Source of the DNA: Mayamaea pseudoterrestris
Taxonomy: Eukaryota
Direction of reading: 5' to 3'
Length of the DNA stretch: 64,000 nt
NCBI GenBank assembly: GCA_027923505.1
Contig: BROI01000026.1
Location: 124,001 to 188,000, forward strand
Shown here piece after piece: positions 20,701 to 32,124 of this stretch. Each line of letters starts with the position of its first letter. Positions within the stretch are counted from its first letter, which is position 1. The position numbers were made by a program, and so were the translations under genes. The notes under the pieces are model-generated. The model was not told where the DNA came from. It ran no database searches and saw only the letters and a program-made list of their open reading frames with translations.

Positions 20701-23657
20701 AGCTCTCCAGGCGGCTCTGCGGCGGCGAGTCCAACACGTAAAAGCGTTACGCCAAAAGGAAAGGGCAAGCATCTGCAGGCCGACGCAAGCAAGAGTCCTA
20801 AGCGATACAGCCAAAGGAATGATGTACCCATGGCGGACTCTCCGGCTCGCAACACACGCAGTGCAGAAAAGGCGCGCCTGTTTCATGGTGATTCTGACAA
20901 CGCAATACTTCCGGTAGCTGCGACTTTATCGGAAGCGGCAGATCCGGACCACGGCAAAGATTCGAACGACTCGCTAGCAAGCACAAGGATCAACCGATCA
21001 ATGGACACTATTGATGCAAACGCTGCGATAGACAAGTCTACATTTGGCTCACCCCAAAACAAGGCTGAAACTACCAGTATTGATTATGATGCAAACACAA
21101 TCAACTTTGAGACAGGAACGAAGGGCGCTGAGAAGCGGATACTTGACGACACTCAGCCGACCCGCAGCGGCGAGAAGAGCATGTCTTCTCCAAAATCACA
21201 AGGCTCCATGACGGATACGACGAGCGCAGAGAAGCGGATGCACAATAACACTCACCCAACGTTCAGCGACGAGAAGGGCATGTCTTCTCCAAACTCACAA
21301 CGCTCAAAGATAGACAGCAATCATCAAAAGTCCGCACTGCGCAAAAATAATGCGTCTCACTCCTCCTCCAAAAAGTCTGTTGCATTCGGATTACCGGAGA
21401 TTCGCCAGTTCCACTTGGGCAGTCCTGTCGGCAAGTTGACGCCAGTGACCAAGTCCCCTTCTTGCCCATCTTCGAATGCTGGTCGAACGCCTCTCAAAAC
21501 TTCGGCGCTTGCTAACCAAGAACTGAGTGACGATAGCTCGATGAACATGTCTGTCGACTCCGAATCGCCAAATGAGCTCGACGGAATGTCGTCTTTTAAC
21601 CATGCTCTTTGGAGCGAAGAAATTAGTGAGAGCCTTCCGGAGCAAGTGCGTGCTGATGCCGAAGAAACAGTGGAATTGGAAGCCAACATGTCAGACTTGT
21701 TTTCGGATAACCACTTGTTTCCTCGCCATCCCACGTTTCTTGAAACTGTCAATGAACGAACGTTGGATGGATCCTTGTCGACGACAGCCACATCTGCCAT
21801 GGAAATTGATGAAACGGTCCAGTTGGCGGCAGTAAGCTTGCTTCCCCTGATGCATCCAGCAGATGACGAAGTCACCGAACGAATGAACCAAGGTGATGTC
21901 ACTCGCTTGTCATTCGCGGACTTTGCCGACGAAATGAAACAAGATTGTGGCCAGCAGCCGATACCAACAGCACACAAACCTGTTGTCGCTACAGAACCGG
22001 AAATCTTCAGCTCAGCGGTGAGGTTGCGATCAGCCCCTCACAGTGTCGACCGACGACAGCGCCGGACTCCACGATCTGGTCGACGACTAACTCTGACGCC
22101 TCAACCGCGACTCTCGCTTGCGGCTAACGGAGACGTCATTATCAATGATCCTCAAGTCAAAGTTGCACCTGCCCTGAATTTTGACGAGTCTCCACCGAAG
22201 AAGGAGGTACTGGATCTGCAAGTTAGTGAACTGGTTGAGGCAGTGCAGTTACTTGGATTGTCATCTGGCGATTCAATCGATATTATTTGCGACATTCACC
22301 AAGCCATTATCAACACTCGTTGTCCCAACCTCTTTCAAAAATATGAACTTTCGATGGCAGGAGTCTGCCAAGAGTTACACATTCAGTGCCAAAAGGAGTT
22401 TGGAATGGATTTAGATGTTGGCACAAGCGAAGAAAGTGAATTGCACTTGCTTACTTTGCAGCATGCCGTCCGCAGCCCATCGGAGTCTGAAGTTGATTTG
22501 CAACACTTCGCGAATGCAGCGTTCGAAGAGACTGAGTTTGATCTTGACGTCTGGTTAGTTCAACTAGTGAGTCAAATGCTTACGCTCTTACAGGATTACA
22601 TGCAAGAAGTGACTCTTTTTTCCCATCAGGTCGACGACAATGCGAAGTTCATTGACGAGGAAGCGGAAGTGCTATCAACATTGAACTCGAAGGCATTTGA
22701 CAAAGCTAGACGCCGCAGTCTCGATCGCCGCAAGGTGCGTTTTCACTCTTTGCTTACTGGTGTCTTTAGCATATTGCGGAAGTACTCACACTGCTTTCTT
22801 GATTGCAACTTTAGACTGCGGCTGCTGTGCTGGAAGAAGAAATCGCCATCTTGGAGGCTAACATCAATCGAGTGGACTTAATTGTGGAACAGAGCGAAAA
22901 GCGATTGGCTACATTAAACGAAATTGACCGTCAAACAGATCTATCGTCAACGCTTTGTGTCGAAACTGCAACGTTACAGGTAGAGACGGCACATCTTGAT
23001 CGCCGATACAGCATGGCCAAAAGCTGCTCTATGCTGACGCCCACTCGACTCACTGCCAATGAGATTTCTTTTTATTGCGTGGGACCTTGTCCTGCAGCCT
23101 GTTTTTGCGTTACGTTTCAACCTGTGAACAGCACCGAGAGTTGGCGTTGTGATTTTAATGTGCAAGAGGAATTGTTCGCCGACTTTGTTGGCCGTCCTAT
23201 CAAGTCTGTCACACCACTTTACCAGTTGCGGATTCAGTCATTGGCTTGCGCCGCGAAGCAGATGGAATTACACCCATCCAAAATTGGTTTCTTCCTGCAG
23301 GAGCTCAATTCGAAGATGAACCGAATGCAGCAAACTGCTGTGGAACTCGCATCTCTCAAGCGTCGGTACCCTGCATCGTCGCTGTTTGTGGACGAAGACG
23401 ACGACCTTGTCTTCAAAGTGACATTTAAAAGCCGCGTGTGTGCAAAGACATTCTTCGCCACTTTCGAAGTTACTGAATCATACCCGTTCTTGCCGGTGAC
23501 CGTGGATGTTGACGGCGATGTTAAATTCGACAAGGTGCTGGAACTGTTGAAAAAACACGCGCAACCTGGATTTGGCTACCTTTCTAGAACGTGCGACCTT
23601 CTTGCCGCTCATTTTCGATGCGAGACTGAGTCCGCCTTGACGAAATTCAAAAAGTAA
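17791..23657 (+). CDS. KNL1/Spc105-like kinetochore scaffold (2 exons; intron 22735-22814)
   Basis: Very long disordered region; SILK-like KSALRK followed by RVxF-like KKSVAF; MELT-like motifs (DSSMNMS, ETVELE, SAMEIDETVQL); C-terminal coiled coil and an RWD-like region (FFATFEVTESYPF); GT-AG intron joins the two ORFs in frame. Confidence 0.6.
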
Positions 23658-23708
23658 TCATATCCACTACGTTCACTGATAAATAAAGAAGCAATAATTA
23701 ACATTACT

Positions 23709-26350
23709 CTATTCGACATAGCATTCGATAATGTCGCCTGGTTCAAAAGTTTCAAAGTCAATCAAACCTATTCCGCACTCGTTCCCGGCCTCAATCTTGT
23801 CCGTCTCAGCCTTGAAGCTACGGAGTGTTCTGAACTTGGTCTCGCACATGATCTTGTCACCTCGCATAACACGGGCATTAGCGCCCTTTTTCAGATATCC
23901 TTCAGTACATCTGCTGCCAGCGATATTACCTGTACCGCCAATGTTGAAAACTTCTTGGACAGTCGCTTCACCAGCGTACTCTCCAGCTGGTGTCGGTGAA
24001 AGAATTTCTTGCATTCTTGACTCCACTGATTCAATGGCATCGTACACGACACTGTAATATTCAATAGGTATGCTTAGCGCTCGGGCGTCGTCCATGGCCG
24101 ACATGCTGGCTGCCACATTAAACGCAAGAACCGTCGTTCCAGGAGTCACGCTCGCAATAGCAATGTCGCTCTTGGAAACTTCGCCCGCCTCGCTGACAAG
24201 AACCTTGATGGTAACGACCGCTTCGTCATTCTCAAGCTTCAGCTCACGCAGCGCTCGCGTCAACGCCTCGGCCGTCCCTTGTACGTCAGCCTTGACGACG
24301 ACACACATTTCTCGGACAGCCTTCCGACTTCCAAACGCTGCCGACACAGAGTCGAACAGCCCAGACTGATACGAAGACGACTGGCGCTCCAAAGCAATCC
24401 TTTGACGCGACTCGGCCAGTTGGCGAGCCGTTTGCTCATCGTCACAGACCACGAGAATGTCGCCTGCGCTTGGAATGCCTTCAAAACCAGCAACCAATAC
24501 TGGCATACTCGGGCCAGCTTCATCCATACGTGACTTTCCATCTGTCGTGGAGATCAAGGCCTTGACCTTGCCAAACGTTTCTCCAGCAACAAAAATGTCA
24601 CCGATGCGAAGGGTTCCACCCTTGATGAGCGTTGTCGCGACTGTTCCAAGCCCCTTTTCAATGTTTGCTTCAATAATGATACCGTCAGCCATGCGATCAG
24701 CGTTTGCTTTGAGATCCTGGATTTCGGTTTGTAGCATAATCTTGTCCAAAAGATCGTCAAGATTGGTTCCTTCCTTGGCACTAATTTGAGACGACAGCAC
24801 TTCACCTCCAAAATCCTCGGTCAATATGTCATATCCAGTCAGGTCCGTGGCAACTCGGTTCGGATCAGCAGTCTCTAAATCGCACTTGTTGATTGCAATC
24901 ACTAGCGGAACTCCAGCCTGTCGCGCGCATACAATCGAGTCGGCCGTTTGCTGCTTGACGCCATCATCCGCCGCCACCACCAAAATGACAAGATCCGTAA
25001 TGTTAGCTCCGCGCTGACGCATGTCGGTGAATGCCGCATGGCCAGGTGTATCGATGAAGGTAATGGGTCGGCCCTTGTGTTCCACCTGGTAGGCTTGAAT
25101 GTGCTGCGTAATGCCACCAGCCTCTCCGGCAGTGACGCGTGTGTTGCGGATCTTGTCCAGCAACGAAGTCTTGCCATGATCAACGTGTCCCATGATGGTG
25201 ACGACGGGCGGTCTGGGTTCCAAGTCATCCTCATCATCCATAAAGTCTGCCACTCCCGTCTCCAGCGCGCTGTCTTCCATGTCGTATTCGTCATCGTCCT
25301 CATCGTCGTCTTCATCATCATCCTCGTCATCGCCCATGTCGCTCACTCCAACGACAAACTTTCCAAAGCCTTCCACGACAGCGACACAAGTAGCTGGATC
25401 GAGTGTTTGCGTCATGCTCGCCATGACTCCAAGGTCCGTCATGAGAAACTTGATGACGGCTACTGGCTTTTCGTCAATCGCTTCGGCAAGTTCACCAACC
25501 GACAGAGGACCTCTGCAAGAACAAAACAAGGTTAACTTGAGCAAACCTTTCCTCGAAAATCACACACAATACAACAAAACCAGCAGCAGCGACACGACTC
25601 ACTCCTTTAACACAACCATGCGTCTCTCCAAGTTTGCTTCGGCGCGGGCCATCTTGTCCGCCGTGTATCGATTCTTCTTCTTTAAGCTGCCACGCCGCTG
25701 CGCTCCTTCGGCCGAGCGTCCTCGCTTGGTGGATCCACCGAGCTTCAACGACTGTCTTCCGGCGGGCCTTCCGTCATCATTGGCCCCAGGCTTGCGCTTG
25801 CGAAATGCTCCGGCGGCACCTCCCGGTGGTTTGGCTCGTCCAAAGGTGCCAGGCTTGCGATCCATGGTGGGACCTGATGGCGCACTGCCACCGGAATTGT
25901 TGCTTCCTCCCGAGTAGCCGGATGAGTCTCCTGTGTTTGGAAGGAGTATAATGATTGTGAGACGGATAAATTTTGGAATGGAGAATGAATCGAGACAGCA
26001 TTCCATGGCAAGCGCTAGCACTTGTTACAAGTACCATTTCACGTACTCGTCCGTTGCTGTCCACCATTTGGATTCATGGTACTAGCCGAAGCGACATATC
26101 CTCCTCCTCCATTGGGACGATTACCATATCCTCCATTGCCATTTCCACCAGGCCTTCGTTGCTGTGGCGCATTGGGGTCTCGCTCGCGCCGCTCACCGTT
26201 GCCGCGTCCGCCATTGTCGCTTCGTTCCCTCCGCGGAGGAGCCTCCGCCACCAGTCGTACCAACTTGAGCGGCTGGCTGAGCTTGAGGACGCCCTGTCGC
26301 TGCTGACTGCGTTGCTGCTGACTCTGACTGCGAGGTTGTTGTTGTTGTTG

Positions 26351-26387
<37 letters not shown>

Positions 26388-26765
26388 GATGGTTCCGTCG
26401 AAACGTAGAGGCTGGTAGCGAAGAGTATAAAAGCGAGGCGTGAGAATCAAATGAATAGAGTGTTATGGATAAATGATTGAATGAATGAATCGTCTCGCAA
26501 TTAGCTGCTGCTGCACCTCAAGTCGAATCACTCAGCATTCCGCGTCCAGCATCATTCCAGCGACACGAGCACAATTTTCTTACCGAGTCTTCCTTGCACA
26601 TCTAGTTAATGTCTTTGCATCATACGAAAAGTCATGTTGACTTGCTGCGTTTCGACTTGGTTGCGATGAAAGGACAAAGGCGTGTGACAGCTGCTGATGC
26701 CTCGTCAGAATCGACAGAAGGAAGCAAACCAAGAGACTGCAGCTTGTCTTTGGTTGCTGCAGCAT
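23709..26765 (-). CDS. infB: Translation initiation factor IF-2, probably plastid-targeted (multi-exon)
   Basis: RPPVVTIMGHVDHGKTSLLD, GEAGGITQHI, DTPGHAAF, NKCD motifs; IF2 C-terminus ECGIGL; N-terminal signal peptide ending SHA|FV. Confidence 0.92.
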
Positions 26766-27189
26766 TGGAATATGAAAATACTATTATAAAGAAGTAGCGG
26801 ATTGCTGATTGACTCTAGATTGCCTTTGCTTCGATTGATAGCTACTGCTTTCGTGAGTGTCGAGTTGAAGAGTCAAAGACAACGCAACGACGGCCATCAT
26901 GATCATCGTCCGCGGGTCCATTCGTTGGTTTCATTTTCTTCACTCGCGAGGCGATCTTCTGCAGTGCAATCGCACGCCCGAGAGGAGCGCGGTGCGACAA
27001 AAGATTGGGAATTTAGCTATGCAGGTGGAATCTATCACAAATGTAGCAGCGAGTCCACTGACAAGCAACTACCGTACTTTTACTCGTTCAATTTATAAAT
27101 ATTGTATTATGAAAATACCGCGACTGCTGCTCGATAATCATAGGTGTCGAGCACCATCATTTATTTATACCGTCGTCATGCAACGATTG

Positions 27190-28335
27190 CTAAGGATCCA
27201 ATGGACTTGCTCCTTCACCCACTGGCGGTAGTTTGCCCTCCCGATGGAGTTTGTCGACGAGAAATAGTGCACTGCAGGTTGGAAGTGTTTAAAGAGCATG
27301 GCAATGGTGAGACGAAAAGTTGGTTGAACATGGCAGCCTACAGCCAACCACAAACGACTACTTACAGCATGGCCTTGGCATCATGACAAACTTTCCATAC
27401 TTCATCCATTGGAACTACTCGCAACGTGATGAATTCCCCATGCTCCCGCAGTCCCGTCAGTTTACCCTTTAGTTTCTCCAGTTGCTTGCTTGACACTGTC
27501 TTTTCCAAATACAAGAGTCGAACATGCTCGTCGGATCCACCCGGCGAAAGAGCTATACCATCCGCATGGCCCGACAGTTGCGTCAAGTCAATGAGTTGGT
27601 CGTGGTCGCTCTTGTTCACGTAAATGTTGCATTCCTCCGCCAGTTCCTGCACGGCCGTTCCAGCTAAATGCATGTCGTCATTGTCCATCATGCCGGCTGG
27701 TAGCTCCAGACAAGCAACTTGGCCAATGGCAATGCGAGGCTGCTCCACCAACAAGCAATGCACTTGACTACAATGACTGTCTTCGCCATCTTGGCAGACC
27801 AACGCGACGAGAATGGCAACCGCATCGCCACGGAGGAAGCAAACGCCTGGCAATGCATGTTGCGATGGCGATGACGACGAGGACTGTTCGACGGGATTGT
27901 CGTCGTCGTCATTGCACAATGCGCAGTCCGCTTTGAGCTTGATGAATCCAACGCCACTATGAATGAGACAGTAATGAGTGATGCGATATGCGATTCGTTC
28001 CGTCGCATTATAGCAAAAGTGAATGCATTCACTCACGTCAGCTGCACTCACCGCTTTCCAAACAAGTCGACGCTCTGAAGTTCAATTCCATGCAGCTCCA
28101 GTCTTTGATTGTGTGTTAATGATGACTCACTGTCAGATTCATTGTCACTGCGTTCGCAGTTGGCGAGCCATCGAGAAAATATGGACGACTCAATCGCCCT
28201 CTCCGCGACTTGGACGGAAATTTGTGAAGGAAACGACACTGGAATTTCAACGTCGCGAAAATGGCAAGTCAATTGCTGCATTGTAGATTGAAGTGAGACG
28301 GCGCTCGTCGCTCGTGGTTGCGAATCGACTGTCAT
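27190..28335 (-). CDS. Nudix hydrolase, ADP-sugar pyrophosphatase-like (3 exons)
   Basis: QSVDLFGKR | VGFIKLKAD, PGVCFLRGDAVAIL, Nudix box LELPAGMMD...AVQELAEEC, GLREHGEFITLRVV. Confidence 0.85.
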
Positions 28336-28448
28336 GTTGTGATGAGCGCACAAGTGGTCTGCATGTTTCTCGCGTTTCAACGTTTGCAGCTGTTCGTCGG
28401 ACCGGTAATCATTGACGTCATCATCTGCTAGCAGTTGAGACTATGCAT

Positions 28449-31234
28449 ATTCAGGCTGCGCTATAAGATGATAAGCTTGGCTGGTGTCTCAGAAGATGGT
28501 AATGTATTTGGTGACAACTTGTCACCAGTCTCAGCCCGCAGATGCGGTGACATTCAAACGCCCCTACAGCAAGCCCTGTAGGTGCCCAAAATACACCAGA
28601 ATGGTGCCAACAACATTAATCAGGCTGCGCTACAAGATGGTAGGCTTGGCTGGTGTCTCAGGGTATGGCAATGTATTTGGTGACAACTTGTCACCAGTCT
28701 CAGCCCGCAGATGCCGTGACATTCAAACGCCCCTACAGCAAGCCCTGTAGGTGCCCAAAATACACCAGAAATGTGGCAACAACATTATTCAGGCAGCGCT
28801 ACAAGATGGTAGGCTTGGCTGGTGTCTCAGGGGATGGCAATGTATTTGATGACAACTTGTCACCAGTCTCAGCCCGCAGATGCTGGACATTCAAACACCC
28901 CTACAGTAAGCCCTGTAGGTGCCCAAAATACACCAGAATGGTGCCAACATCATTATTCAGGCTGCGCTACAAGATGATAAGCTTGGCTGGTGTCTCAGGG
29001 GATGGCAATGTATTTGGTGACAACTTGTCACCAGTCTCAGCCCGCAGATGCCGTGACATTCAAATGCCCCTACAGCAAGCCCTGTAAGTTGCCAAATTAC
29101 ACCAGAATGGTGCCAATATGATTATTCAGGCGGCGCTACAAGATGGTAGGCTTGGCTGGTGTCTCAGGGGATGGCAATGTATTTGGTGACAACTTGTCAC
29201 CAGTCTCAGCCTGAAGATGCTGGACATTCAAACATCCCTACAGCAAGCCCTGTAGGTGCCCAAAATACACCAGAATGGTGCCAACATCATTATTCAGGCG
29301 GCGCTACAAGATGGTAGGCTTGGCTGGTGTCTCAGGGGATGGCAATGTATTTGGTGACAACTTGTCACCAGTCTCAGCTGCAGATGCCGTGACATTCAAA
29401 CGCCCCTACAGCAAGCCCTGTCGGTGCCCAATATACACCAGAATGGTGCCAACATTATTATTCAAGATGCGCTACAAGATGGTAGGCTTGGCTGGTGTCT
29501 CAGGGGATGGCAATGTATTTGGTGACAACTTGTCACCAGTCTCAGCCCGCAGATGCCGTGACATTCAAACGCCCCTACAGCAAGCCTTGTAGGTGCCCCA
29601 ATTACACCAGAATGGTGCCAACATCATTATTCAGGCGGCGCTACAAGATGGTAGGCTTGGCTGGTGTCTCAGGGGATGGCAATGTATTTGGTGACAACTT
29701 GTCACCAGTCTCAGCCCGCAGATGCTGGACATTCAAACGCCCCTACAGCAAGCCCTGTAGGTGCCCAAAATACACCAGAATGGTGCCAACATCATTATTC
29801 AGGCTGCGCTACAAAATGGTAGGCTTGGCTGGTGTCTCAGGGGATGGCAATGTATTTGGTGACAACTTGTCACCAGTCTCAGCCTGCAGATGTCATGACA
29901 TTCAAACGCCCCTACAGCAAGCCCTGTAGGTGCCCAATATACACCAGAATGGTTCCAACATCATTATTCAGGCTGCGCTACAAGATGGTAGGCTTGGCTG
30001 GTGTCTCAGGGGATGGCAATGTATTTGGTGACAACTTGTCACCAGTCTCAGCCCACAGATGCCGTGACATTCAAATGCCCCTACAGCAAGCCCTGTCGGT
30101 GCCCAAATTACATCAGAATGGTGCAAACATCATCATTCAGGCTGCGCTACAAGATGGTAGGCTTGGCTGGTGTCTCAGGGGATGGCAATGTATTTGGTGA
30201 CAACTTGTCACCAGTCTCAGCCCGCAGATGCCGTGACATTCAAACGCCCCTACAGCAAGCCCTGTAGGTGCCCAAAATACACCAGAAAGGTGCCAACATC
30301 ATTATTCAGGCGGCGCTACAAGATGGTAGGCTTGGCTGGTGTCTCAGGGGATGGCAATGTATTTAGTGACAACTTGTCACCAGTCTCAGCCCACAGATGC
30401 CGTGACATTCAAACGCCTCTACAGCAAGCCTTGTAGGTGCCCCAATTACACCAGAATGGTGCCAACATCATTATTCAGGATGAGCTACAAGATGGTAGGC
30501 TTGGCTGGTGTCTCAGGGGATGGCAATGTATTTGGTGACAGCTTGTCACCAGTCTCAGCCCGCAGATGCCGTGACATTCAAACGCCCCTACAGCAAGCCC
30601 TGTAGGTGCCCAAAATACACCAGAATGGTGCCAACATCATTATTCATGCTGCGCTACAAGATGGTAGGCTTGGCTGGTGTCTCAGGAGATGGCAATGTAT
30701 TTGGTGACAACTTGTCACCAGTCTCAGCCCGCAGATGCCATGACATTCAAACGCCCCTACAGCAAGCTCTGTAGGTGCCCAATATACACCAGAATGGTTC
30801 CAACATCATTATTCAGGCTGCGCTACATGATGGTAGGCTTGGCTGGTGTCTCAGGGGATGGCAATGTATTTGGTGACAACTTGTCACCAGTCTCAGCCCG
30901 CAGATGCCGTGACATTCAAATGCCCCTACAGCAAGCCCTGTAGGTGCCCAAAATACACCAGAATGGTGCCAACATCATTATTCAGGCGGCGCTACAAGAT
31001 GGTAGGCTTGGCTGGTGTCTCAGGGGATGGCAATGTATTTGGTGACAACTTGTCACCAGTCTCAGCCCGCAGATGCCATGACATTCAAACGCCCCTACAC
31101 CAAGCCCTGTAGGAGCCCAAAATACACCAGAATGGTGCCAACATCATTATTCCGGCTGCGCTACAAGATGGTAGGCGTGGCTGGTGTCTCAGGGGATGGC
31201 AATGTATTTAATGACAACTTGTCACCAGTCTCAG
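28449..31234. repeat. 169-bp tandem satellite, block 1 (~16.5 copies)
   Basis: Head-to-tail units; shadow ORFs recur at 30001, 30170, 30339, 30508, 30677, 30846, 31015 (169-bp period). Confidence 0.97.
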
Positions 31235-31563
31235 TGACACGATAATATCAGACGAACCTTTATTCCAGTGACTACAATGGACTAGGAGCGATCAACCTCT
31301 TCGTCCAGCGTAAAGCAAACAAACAAACTCAATTGCTAGAATAGTGCATGTTACTCGCTACTCTACTCGTGCGCTTCTTTCTCGTTCTCACTGGGTTCAC
31401 GGTCGAGGTTCACGCCTCGATCGTCAGCGATTTCACTCATGTATGTGAGGATTCGGTCACAAGTGTGACTCAACCCTGCACAGGATTAAATGCATACAAA
31501 ACACAGGTAGCTAACCGTCTTGTCATGAGACGCAGGTCAACTCAACTCAATAATATTGTGTCA
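31235..31563 (-). mobile_element. 3' LTR (329 bp) of copia element 1
   Basis: TGACA...TGTCA termini; near-identical to 34907-35235; preceded on the minus strand by purine tract AGATCAAGGGGGA (PPT). Confidence 0.92.
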
Positions 31564-31574
31564 TCCCCCTTGAT

Positions 31575-32124
31575 CTAGGCTTGTGACAATGATCGGTTTG
31601 CCGTATCACCCTTCCAGAAAAGAATCGGAATGATCAGGGGTCGGAACGTGGCATGCGGCAAGAACTTGGTAAGAACGTCGGCGACGTTCTGCTTGCCGAT
31701 GATGTGCTCAAAGTACAGAACATTGCTTGCAATGGCCTCGCGAACTCGGTGGTAGGCGAGCGCATTGTGTCGCTTAGAAAGTGTGGAGTGCGGGATCGTT
31801 GACGACTTCTTGACACTTTCGTTGTCGCCGAACATCCAGGCTGGTCCACTCAAAGGAACTCCCAACATGCGTAGGGAGTATCGGAAATCCATAATCTGTT
31901 CCGTCGCGGTCTTGGCGACGACGAACTCGGATTCGTACGTTGCAGTCTCAACAGTATTCTGACGCTTGCAGAACCATTCGACGGGCGTCTGGTTCAGGAA
32001 ATGCAGGACTCCCATTGCGGAACGTCCAGTAGTGTAATCATGGTACAGGTTCGCGTCCATAAAGGTAGTTAGTTGCACAGGCTTGCCCTTCGGGATCGGC
32101 ATATTCCACGGCAGCTCTTCGGCA
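31575..32124 (-). pseudogene. RNase H remnant of Ty1/copia pol (diatom CoDi-type)
   Basis: DANLYHDYTTGRS, CKRQNTVETATYESEF, MFGDNESV, KRHNALAYHRVRE, NVADVLTK; truncated at its 5' side by the satellite. Confidence 0.92.

Noticed and set aside
26335..26386. (GTT)n(GCT)n microsatellite
   Set aside because: Lies within the IF-2 gene's low-complexity N-terminal region; such tracts are common in this window
17791..28449. Functional link between the KNL1-like gene and the nearby satellite
   Set aside because: Proximity (~5 kb) alone has no mechanistic support and is probably coincidence
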